A DNA stretch of 20,000 nucleotides from an uncultured virus (IMG/VR IMGVR_UViG_3300024358_000470) (lineage: Duplodnaviria > Heunggongvirae > Uroviricota > Caudoviricetes), in the IMG/VR virus record IMGVR_UViG_3300024358_000470; one strand, given 5' to 3'. Shown here in pieces: positions 8,557-15,404 of the stretch. How positions within the stretch are numbered: position 1 is the stretch's first letter; each line of letters starts with the position of its first letter. A model generated the notes under the pieces. It was not told the origin of the DNA. It searched no databases and saw only the letters and a program-made list of their open reading frames with translations. A program made the position numbers and the translations under genes.

Positions 8557-9299
8557 AAAAAATTCTCACAGCAATTAGTTTATCATTAGCATTGATTTCT
8601 CCAGTAGCAGCAGAATCAATAATTAAAACACAACCAACTGTAAAACCTTATAGTTTATCAGCAATGGGTTGTATGATACTTTTGGAATGTACTGAAGGAG
8701 TAGAAAGACTTACAGTAGATTCTGAATTACTAAAAGATCCAGACTTTGATCCATTTAGAGAAGAACTAAAAGCAATCATTGCAGGACTTGATAAACTTGG
8801 AGTTCCTGTTTATGTTGCACCAGAAAGATATTTCACACCAAGGACAGTAGGATTATATAAACCAGAATATAATCGTTTCTTTGTAAATGAAACTCTTCTT
8901 AAAGATCCTAGAGAGTTTCTAGGAACAATGAGACACGAAGGATGGCATACAGTTCAAGACTGTATGGGTGGTGGATTAAAAACATCTTTTATGGCACAGG
9001 TTCATCAAGATAGTGAGATCCCTGCCTGGGTTATGAAATCTACAAGATTGACTTATGAAACGATGGGTCAAGGTCGTGCAGTTCCTTGGGAAGCAGATGC
9101 TAACTGGGCAGAAGAACAATCAAATGTCACTGCAGAAAAGTTAGAAATGTGTGCTAAGGGTCCACTGTGGGAACAGATGAGACCAACTCCAATGACAATG
9201 GATTGGCTGATTGGTTGTGGATGGATGAAACCACAAGAGGGTAAGTATCCATATTATCCAAACAAGAAAGCAGAATATTGTGTAGAAGGTAAGTTTTAA
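8553..9299 (+). CDS. Exported zincin-like metallopeptidase
   Basis: Signal peptide (..SPVAA-E); HEGWH (HEXXH) and a downstream WEADA Glu motif. Confidence 0.7.
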   Translation: MKKILTAISLSLALISPVAAESIIKTQPTVKPYSLSAMGCMILLECTEGVERLTVDSELLKDPDFDPFREELKAIIAGLDKLGVPVYVAPERYFTPRTVGLYKPEYNRFFVNETLLKDPREFLGTMRHEGWHTVQDCMGGGLKTSFMAQVHQDSEIPAWVMKSTRLTYETMGQGRAVPWEADANWAEEQSNVTAEKLEMCAKGPLWEQMRPTPMTMDWLIGCGWMKPQEGKYPYYPNKKAEYCVEGKF

Positions 9300-9451
9300 T
9301 GAGCGACTTTCCTTGGGGAGTAATTATAATATTGGGGTCTGGTCTTATCTTTACTTTATATGTAATCTACTACATATTACGATTAGCACACGAGGAAATG
9401 AAAAATGAAGAACCTAGCAATCATTCTGTCAACAACAAGTCTTCTCATTAG
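9299..9451 (+). CDS. Small single-TM protein (50 aa, MSDFPWGVIIILGSGLIFTLYVIYYILRLAHEE...)
   Basis: Read by hand; TAATG coupling to the upstream gene. Confidence 0.55.
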   Translation: MSDFPWGVIIILGSGLIFTLYVIYYILRLAHEEMKNEEPSNHSVNNKSSH

Positions 9452-9617
9452 TGGAGCACTTTGCTATGGTGCTTATGTGACTTATAAAAAAGCGGAAGCA
9501 ATTTTAAACAACCCAGAACAGTTCGTTGGTAAGGTTGTGGAGAATCAAGTGAATAAAGCATTTGAGAAACTACCAATTCCCAAACTAAATACTGGGAGTA
9601 TTAAGTTTCCTTTCTAA
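9405..9617 (+). CDS. Membrane-anchored hypothetical protein (70 aa)
   Basis: N-terminal TM helix; GAGG upstream; TAATG coupling to the nuclease. Confidence 0.7.
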   Translation: MKNLAIILSTTSLLISGALCYGAYVTYKKAEAILNNPEQFVGKVVENQVNKAFEKLPIPKLNTGSIKFPF

Positions 9618-10057
9618 TGGCAGACAAAGACCCGTATATCTATAGAATCAAATCAGTATATAAGGTAGTAGATGGCGACACTATTGATGCTGCTATTGAC
9701 CTTGGGTTTGATATCTCCCTTACTAAACGAATTCGTCTTGCTGGTGTCGATACCCCAGAGAGCAGAACAACTGATGCTAAAGAAAAGGCACTTGGTCTTG
9801 AAGTTAAAGAATGGCTCAAGAAAAAGTTAGAAGGTCAAACTGACATTATTGTCAAAACAGAACTCCCAGATTCTACCGAAAAGTACGGAAGAATTCTTGG
9901 ACATTTGTTTATTGGGGATGCTGAAGTATCCGCAGTCAATAAAAAGAAATCAGTCAATCAAATGATGATTGATGAAGGATTTGCTTGGGAATATTCTGGT
10001 GGCACTAAAAAGAAAGATTTTGCTCTATTAGAATCAAAAAGACAAGCGAGCAGATAA
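9617..10057 (+). CDS. Thermonuclease (staphylococcal nuclease-like)
   Basis: KVVDGDTID, RIRLAGVDTPE, KYGRILG, VNQMMIDEGFA. Confidence 0.9.
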   Translation: MADKDPYIYRIKSVYKVVDGDTIDAAIDLGFDISLTKRIRLAGVDTPESRTTDAKEKALGLEVKEWLKKKLEGQTDIIVKTELPDSTEKYGRILGHLFIGDAEVSAVNKKKSVNQMMIDEGFAWEYSGGTKKKDFALLESKRQASR

Positions 10058-10918
10058 TTTCTTAGCAATCTTTTTAGGAGGGGCATAGAGAGACTTAAAT
10101 CTTTCTTGCCCCTCTTTTGTGAATTTATCTTTTACTGGTTCATCAATAATCACTTTATTCTCAATTTCATATAGGGTATTCTTTTCAATCTCATCACGGA
10201 TATATTGTTCTACATTATCTGTTTGTGCAACAAGTCTTGTTCCCTCTGATGAATATTCAAAAATATCAATATGACCTGCTTCTGCCATCACATAATGGAG
10301 AACAGGTTTAACTTGTTTGATTTTAATTTTAAACTTATTCTTTGTTGCTTCTTTGATAAATGGTTCAGCAGCATTCTTCAATACATTTAAAACTGCTGTG
10401 GATGCCATTGTAGCAGCAGTTGTGACTACTGCGACAGCACCAGCCGTAGCAACAAGAGAAGGGTCAGGTAAATTAATATCGACACCATAAACAGAAAATG
10501 TTGGTTGTGGTTTATCTGCTGGAACTTCTGCAACTGGAGTAACAACAGGAGTTTGAGTAGGGGGGGTTTGAGCAACCTGAGGCAGTTGAGGTGGGGGGGT
10601 AGTATCAGGCAACCCCCTTGTTTTTTCTTGTTGTTCTGTTGCTTGTTTTTCACGCTCTGCTTTTACAGCAGCATCAAACTCTGCTTGAGTTGGAACATTA
10701 ATAACTGGATATTTAATCGTAGTATTTGGGGCATCAATAACAGGAACTTCAAGACCACGAACAACAGGTGCTTCTACAGAACGAACATTTGGTCTATCTA
10801 TAGTTGAGATTATAGATGGACCAGATATTCTGTTGATACTTGCACTCGGTATGTTAATCGGATTATTTCCGATTATTTGCCTTAAGTTTGGATTATCAAT
10901 AGGTTGTATTGGTTCCAT
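10034..10918 (-). CDS. Pro-rich hypothetical membrane protein
   Basis: Long ORF with a Pro-rich N-terminal half and a hydrophobic segment LVATAGAVAVVTTAATMASTAV; ATG 10918 is the likely start. Confidence 0.8.
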   Translation of the reverse strand: MEPIQPIDNPNLRQIIGNNPINIPSASINRISGPSIISTIDRPNVRSVEAPVVRGLEVPVIDAPNTTIKYPVINVPTQAEFDAAVKAEREKQATEQQEKTRGLPDTTPPPQLPQVAQTPPTQTPVVTPVAEVPADKPQPTFSVYGVDINLPDPSLVATAGAVAVVTTAATMASTAVLNVLKNAAEPFIKEATKNKFKIKIKQVKPVLHYVMAEAGHIDIFEYSSEGTRLVAQTDNVEQYIRDEIEKNTLYEIENKVIIDEPVKDKFTKEGQERFKSLYAPPKKIAKKLSARLSF

Positions 10919-11474
10919 TGACCACATCCTCAACTCTTGGGTACTTCACAACAATATCTTCACAAACTTTGTAGTAAGGACTATCAGGATGGAACATAAT
11001 TCCTGCTTTGTATGCTTCACCACATTTTAATAATCTTACAAGTTCAAAATCTAATCTTGCTTTATCAGCTTCGGCTTGTTGTCTTGAGATTTCAACTCTT
11101 GCTCTTGATTTGCAGAGTTCTTGTAAAGAACCATCTAAGGGAATATTAAATCCCATAGATAATCCAGCATTTCCAGAATAAGATGAAAACTGTTCTGGAT
11201 CTTGACTAGCATTACCATTACCAATAATAAATGGTGCCAGGGAAAATGTTGGTCCTTGACAAGAAACACCAGCACCAAATGTATTCATAGCATAAGGGCC
11301 CTGAAGCACTTGAACTGCCTGGTTTGTTACATTACCAGTAGCAGATGCTGAAGGTCCTGCGATGTTTGTATTTGATGGAGCTTGCTGAGCAAATGCAGTC
11401 CCTGTTGAAATTATTGCGTAAAGACAGAGATTGATGTAGTAGTTGATTGAGTTTCTGTGGTGCGATCTATCCAT
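10896..11474 (-). CDS. Exported hypothetical protein (beta-hairpin plus coiled coil, paired Cys)
   Basis: AFA-Q cleavage site; GLSMGFNIPL strand followed by a long helix. Confidence 0.75.
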   Translation of the reverse strand: MDRSHHRNSINYYINLCLYAIISTGTAFAQQAPSNTNIAGPSASATGNVTNQAVQVLQGPYAMNTFGAGVSCQGPTFSLAPFIIGNGNASQDPEQFSSYSGNAGLSMGFNIPLDGSLQELCKSRARVEISRQQAEADKARLDFELVRLLKCGEAYKAGIMFHPDSPYYKVCEDIVVKYPRVEDVVNGTNTTY

Positions 11475-11776
11475 GTTTCTTTTGCCACTCCAGGTCCGAG
11501 ATAGGTTTCACTGAACTGGAATGGAGCACCAGGAGTTGTAATACTATAATTTGTATCCTTAGTAGGATTTCCAGGAATGTTGATGTTCGTACCAGTTACA
11601 GTATAAGATTCACCAGTTGTATATTCAACTTGGCGGATTGCTTCTACAATTCTTGTTGTAGATTCTGTTGTTGCATTGATTGTGCCTCTAGTAAAATTAG
11701 GCACAACGCTCTCAGCATAAACGGGAGTACAAATGACTCCCGTTGCTAAAAGCAAAACGGGAGTTAAATGTCTCAT
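11411..11776 (-). CDS. Exported Thr-rich beta-strand hypothetical protein
   Basis: Signal peptide ..PVYA-E; ATGA coupling with the upstream gene. Confidence 0.8.
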   Translation of the reverse strand: MRHLTPVLLLATGVICTPVYAESVVPNFTRGTINATTESTTRIVEAIRQVEYTTGESYTVTGTNINIPGNPTKDTNYSITTPGAPFQFSETYLGPGVAKETWIDRTTETQSTTTSISVFTQ

Positions 11777-12234
11777 TTGAATACACTCAGTTCAATGGAC
11801 CTTTGAGCAGTAGCACTTGTTCCAGCACCACCAGCAGTAACAGTAGGAACACCAGTTGGTGAAAGAGTACCTGCAAGAGTTCCTTTCTCACCACCAACTT
11901 GAGTTACACTATCTCCGTAGAGATTTGGTGTTCCAATAACACCGTTAGTAACTGTTTGAGTATTAACTGGAGTATCAGCAGCATTGAAACTTTCAGAGAA
12001 AGTAAATGCTTGACCTGGAGTATTAATGTCATAGGTTCCAGCACCACCAACACCTCCAAAGGATGTTGCTTGGATATTGGTTCCTGACGCCGAATAGGAA
12101 GCACCAATTCGAGTTGATTGAACTGCGGCACCATCAACTTTCAATTGAACGGAATCAGTGATTTTTGATGTAATTTCAGCAGCATTAACTGGGATTGCGA
12201 AGAATAACGAAAAGGCTAATAGAAGTCTTTTCAT
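11773..12234 (-). CDS. Exported Gly/Thr-rich beta-strand hypothetical protein
   Basis: Signal peptide MKRLLLAFSLFFAIPVNA-A; ends IELSVFK. Confidence 0.82.
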   Translation of the reverse strand: MKRLLLAFSLFFAIPVNAAEITSKITDSVQLKVDGAAVQSTRIGASYSASGTNIQATSFGGVGGAGTYDINTPGQAFTFSESFNAADTPVNTQTVTNGVIGTPNLYGDSVTQVGGEKGTLAGTLSPTGVPTVTAGGAGTSATAQRSIELSVFK

Positions 12235-12263
12235 TTTCTTATTGTTGTGATAAACACTATGAG

Positions 12264-12270
12264 TATTTAG
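12264..12270 (-). promoter_or_regulatory. Late-promoter-like element for the minus-strand operon
   Basis: CTAAATA on the minus strand about 30 nt upstream of ATG 12234. Confidence 0.45.
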
Positions 12271-12297
12271 GAGAGTGTCCCCATTTGGGGAGGGGGG

Positions 12298-12331
12298 TTG
12301 ACACAGGCGGCAAACCGTAGTATGATAAATA
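12298..12331 (+). promoter_or_regulatory. psbA promoter: sigma70 boxes with an overlapping late-like element
   Basis: TTGACA (12298)-17 nt-TATGAT (12321); ATAAATA at 12325. Confidence 0.75.
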
Positions 12332-12384
12332 GGTAAACAAATGTTACGGAACGCAACGTTCCCTTAACATTGTTAGACACCCGA

Positions 12385-12480
12385 TAACCGAGACCTATGG
12401 GTGTATAAATTACGTCTCTCATATCCCCGCTAAGGGTGCGGGGAGCATAGTATCTCCACCATTTCCCTGATGGTCTTACT
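12385..12480 (+). ncRNA. Structured psbA 5'-UTR RNA, probably the PhotoRC-II-like motif
   Basis: GAGAC/GTCTC stem; TCCCCGC-TAAGGGT-GCGGGGA and ACCAT-TTCCCTG-ATGGT hairpins with complementary loops; lies directly upstream of a phage psbA. Confidence 0.6.
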
Positions 12481-12494
12481 AACTGCTTAAAACA

Positions 12495-13574
12495 ATGACT
12501 GCTACAATTTCACGTCAACGACAATCGAATACTTGGGAACAATTCTGCAACTGGGTCACATCAACCGATAATCGTCTTTATGTCGGTTGGTTCGGAGTCC
12601 TCATGATTCCTTGCCTGCTTGCTGCTACGACTTGTTTCATCATCGCATTCATCGGTGCTCCCCCAGTGGACATTGATGGTATCCGTGAACCCGTTGCTGG
12701 TTCACTCATGTACGGAAACAACATCATCTCTGGTGCTGTTATTCCTTCGTCCAACGCGATTGGACTGCACTTTTATCCCATCTGGGAAGCTGCTTCGCTT
12801 GATGAGTGGCTTTACAACGGTGGTCCTTTCCAACTTGTAGTGTTCCACTTCCTTATCGGTATCTACGCTTACATGGGTCGTGAATGGGAACTTTCATACC
12901 GTCTTGGTATGCGTCCTTGGATCTGTGTTGCTTACTCTGCACCTGTGGCTGCTGCTTCTGCTGTGTTCCTGGTGTATCCTTTCGGTCAAGGTTCTTTCTC
13001 TGATGCGATGCCTCTGGGTATCTCTGGTACGTTCAACTATATGCTTGTGTTCCAGGCAGAGCACAACATCCTGATGCACCCCTTCCACATGCTTGGTGTG
13101 GCTGGTGTCTTTGGAGGTTCTCTGTTCAGTGCTATGCACGGTTCTCTGGTTACTTCCTCACTGGTTCGTGAAACCACTGAGAACGAGTCACAGAACTATG
13201 GTTACAAGTTTGGTCAAGAAGAAGAGACCTATAACATCGTTGCTGCTCACGGTTATTTCGGACGCCTTATTTTCCAATATGCTTCCTTTAATAACTCACG
13301 TTCGCTGCACTTCTTCCTTGCTGCATGGCCTGTAGTTGGTATCTGGTTCACTGCTCTTGGTGTTAGCACCATGGCATTCAACCTCAACGGTTTCAACTTT
13401 AACCAGTCCATCATTGATTCACAGGGTCGTGTCCTCAACACTTGGGCAGATGTTCTGAACCGTGCTGGACTCGGGCTCGAGGTGATGCACGAAAGGAATG
13501 CACACAATTTCCCTCTGGATCTTGCTGCTGCTAGCAACACTCCTGTTGCCCTTACTGCACCCGCAATCGGTTGA
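12495..13574 (+). CDS. psbA: Photosystem II D1 protein, intronless, Glu130 (high-light-type) form
   Basis: [50 protein letters not shown]. Confidence 0.99.
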   Translation: MTATISRQRQSNTWEQFCNWVTSTDNRLYVGWFGVLMIPCLLAATTCFIIAFIGAPPVDIDGIREPVAGSLMYGNNIISGAVIPSSNAIGLHFYPIWEAASLDEWLYNGGPFQLVVFHFLIGIYAYMGREWELSYRLGMRPWICVAYSAPVAAASAVFLVYPFGQGSFSDAMPLGISGTFNYMLVFQAEHNILMHPFHMLGVAGVFGGSLFSAMHGSLVTSSLVRETTENESQNYGYKFGQEEETYNIVAAHGYFGRLIFQYASFNNSRSLHFFLAAWPVVGIWFTALGVSTMAFNLNGFNFNQSIIDSQGRVLNTWADVLNRAGLGLEVMHERNAHNFPLDLAAASNTPVALTAPAIG

Positions 13575-13599
13575 GTTTTATAAAAACTGAATAAGAATG

Positions 13600-13627
13600 A
13601 AGAGACCTTTACAGGTCTCTTTTTTTA
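13600..13627 (+). terminator. psbA terminator
   Basis: AAGAGACCT-TTAC-AGGTCTCTT plus T-run. Confidence 0.85.
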
Positions 13628-13671
13628 TGGTATTATTCATAAATAGTTCCATACCAAACTTCCATACCATA

Positions 13672-14034
13672 ATGAAAACTTGTAGTAGATGTGGAGAAAC
13701 AAAAGAACTTGATAGTTTCTCTAAAAGAAGTAGTAGACCTTCTGGGGTTCAATCAAAGTGTAAGGATTGTGAACGGGAAGTTCGTAGGCAATATTATAAG
13801 ACTCACGAATATGCTAGACGCAGATTTAAACTTACAGAAGACCAATATAATGACCTAATGAAGAATGAGAACTGCCAAATATGTGATGTGGAACTAACCA
13901 AGAAGTGTATAGACCACTGCCACTCTACAAATAAGGTTCGTGGTGTTCTCTGTAACAACTGCAACACTGCATTAGGTCTTGTAGGAGACAACATCAGCAC
14001 TCTTCAAAAGATGATAGAATACCTAAATAACTAA
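13672..14034 (+). CDS. Free-standing Endo VII-family homing endonuclease, F-CphI-like
   Basis: CSRC..CKDC zinc module, then CQIC...CIDHCHSTNKVRGVLCNNCNTALG (DHCH...RGxLCxxCN); directly downstream of psbA; ATG 13672 follows CATAAATA. Confidence 0.85.
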   Translation: MKTCSRCGETKELDSFSKRSSRPSGVQSKCKDCEREVRRQYYKTHEYARRRFKLTEDQYNDLMKNENCQICDVELTKKCIDHCHSTNKVRGVLCNNCNTALGLVGDNISTLQKMIEYLNN

Positions 14035-14049
14035 AAAGTATTCATAAAA

Positions 14050-14784
14050 ATGGACGCACAAGAACTTCGCAATCTTCAAGAAGCATATATGGAAGTTGTT
14101 GAAAATCAGCAACTGGATGAAATCTCTGATAGAAAAGTCAAAGGAATGTTAAGAAAGAGAGATGCACAAGATGTAGATAGTGGTGGTATAAGTGGTGCTT
14201 GGATGGCAAGACGCCGCGCTCATCAGGCAGCAGCAAGAAGAAATGTAAGAACAGGTTCAAATGTTCGTGTCGATTCTGATTTAGCAAAAGAAGAAGTAGA
14301 TGTTTACGATCTAATTCTTTCACACTTACTTGATGAAGGATATGCTGATACTCAACAAGCAGCAGAAGCAATTATGGTGAATATGAGTGAAGAGTGGAGA
14401 GACAATATTATAGAAAGAGAGGATAGTCCTTATGAGAAAGCATCTGATGCTGCATTAGATAAAAGATATGGATATGGTAGAGCATCTGGTGATAAGCGTT
14501 CTTTCGGTAGAGCAGCAAATCGTTCATCTGCTGCCGCTGCCCTTCGTGCTATTAGAAGAGGTGAAAGAAGTGGTAGTGGAACTTCAAGAGAAGCAGGTGC
14601 TGATGCAGTTCATCAGGGTTGGGCAAGAACTGCTAAAACAAGTACAGACCAAACACCAGAAAAGAAACAAAGAAGAGCAAAACTTGCTAATACATCATAT
14701 TCAAATCTTCCCGATGATGAAAAGGAAAAGGATAGAGTATCTTTTGATGCTGTAAGAGCAACTTATAATAGAAACAAAAGATAA
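14050..14784 (+). CDS. Hypothetical protein, probably virion-internal, with a RyR-domain-like C-terminus
   Basis: LQEAYMEV and YDLILSHLLDEGYADT..AEAIMVNMSEEW acidic modules; AVHQGWA...YSNLPDDEKEKDR; CTAAATA upstream. Confidence 0.75.
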   Translation: MDAQELRNLQEAYMEVVENQQLDEISDRKVKGMLRKRDAQDVDSGGISGAWMARRRAHQAAARRNVRTGSNVRVDSDLAKEEVDVYDLILSHLLDEGYADTQQAAEAIMVNMSEEWRDNIIEREDSPYEKASDAALDKRYGYGRASGDKRSFGRAANRSSAAAALRAIRRGERSGSGTSREAGADAVHQGWARTAKTSTDQTPEKKQRRAKLANTSYSNLPDDEKEKDRVSFDAVRATYNRNKR

Positions 14785-14785
14785 T

Positions 14786-14812
14786 AAAAAAGGAGGGATA
14801 AAACCCTCCTTT
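14786..14812. terminator. Hairpin between convergent genes, probably a bidirectional terminator
   Basis: AAAGGAGGG-ATAAAA-CCCTCCTTT preceded by an A-run. Confidence 0.75.
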
Positions 14813-14816
14813 AACT

Positions 14817-15020
14817 TTATTTGGAACTTACAAAATCATTAATGATTTCTGCTTGTTCTAGAACTTGATTAAGTGTTGGAAACTCTGGATAATCCATTGC
14901 TACTTTTTTGTTCTCATCTTCATTCCAACGAACAGCAGTATCATATTCCATGCTAAACTGGTCATTAAGCATATTATATGCTTGCTTAAAGATTTCAAAT
15001 CGAAGTTCATAAGGTGTCAT
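14817..15020 (-). CDS. Hypothetical phage protein (67 aa, MTPYELRFEIFKQAY...)
   Basis: AGGAG RBS upstream of ATG 15020; TTGACT-16 nt-TATAGT promoter at 15090-15063. Confidence 0.75.
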   Translation of the reverse strand: MTPYELRFEIFKQAYNMLNDQFSMEYDTAVRWNEDENKKVAMDYPEFPTLNQVLEQAEIINDFVSSK

Positions 15021-15118
15021 AGATATTCTCCTAATGTGTGTGATGTGTGTTTCCACTAAGAAACTATATCATAAATTATCAAAAAGTCAAGTAATAATAA
15101 AAACCTATCCTCAGTTTT

Positions 15119-15162
15119 CTGAAGCAACTCCTGTTGCTCTCACTGCACCTTCAATTGGTTGA
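15119..15162 (+). pseudogene. psbA: Orphan remnant of a psbA 3' end ([17 protein letters not shown])
   Basis: 31 of 36 nt identical to psbA 13539-13574; no start codon and no upstream psbA sequence. Confidence 0.88.
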
Positions 15163-15187
15163 TAACAACTGAATAACTGATATAATT

Positions 15188-15213
15188 AGAGGGTGTAACA
15201 ACCCTCTTTTTTT
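15188..15213 (+). terminator. Terminator following the psbA remnant
   Basis: AGAGGGT-GTAACA-ACCCTCT plus T-run. Confidence 0.8.
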
Positions 15214-15336
15214 ATGTCTCATAATAATCAACATCATCCTATGGAACCCTGGATCATCTGGGCAGGTGTAGGTATGATGGTATTTACAGTTCTTGTATTT
15301 GTCTTATTCACTCTCGGTCAGATGTATTGGGGATAA
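15214..15336 (+). CDS. Small single-TM protein (40 aa, MSHNNQHHPMEPWIIWAGVGMMVFTVLVFVLFTLGQMYWG)
   Basis: Read by hand; clear TM helix; fills the gap before the psbD promoter. Confidence 0.6.
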   Translation: MSHNNQHHPMEPWIIWAGVGMMVFTVLVFVLFTLGQMYWG

Positions 15337-15349
15337 GCACAAACACTCA

Positions 15350-15383
15350 TTGACTACTTTGTTAAGGAATGTTAAGATAAATA
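15350..15383 (+). promoter_or_regulatory. psbD promoter: sigma70-like boxes, TGTTAAG direct repeat and a late-like element
   Basis: TTGACT-17 nt-TAAGAT; TGTTAAG at 15360 and 15370; ATAAATA at 15377; AAGGAGG RBS downstream. Confidence 0.65.
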
Positions 15384-15404
15384 TGAGAAATAACTAAGGA
15401 GGTT

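Noticed and set aside
12333..12347. NtcA site upstream of psbA (GTA...TAC)
   Set aside because: The spacer is 9 nt, not 8.
12495..13574. Group I intron in psbA, as in some cyanophages
   Set aside because: The frame is continuous and full length (359 aa); psbD is also uninterrupted.
13597..13671. Longer start for the Endo VII-type gene
   Set aside because: Runs through the psbA terminator and the late-promoter element; ATG 13672 fits better.
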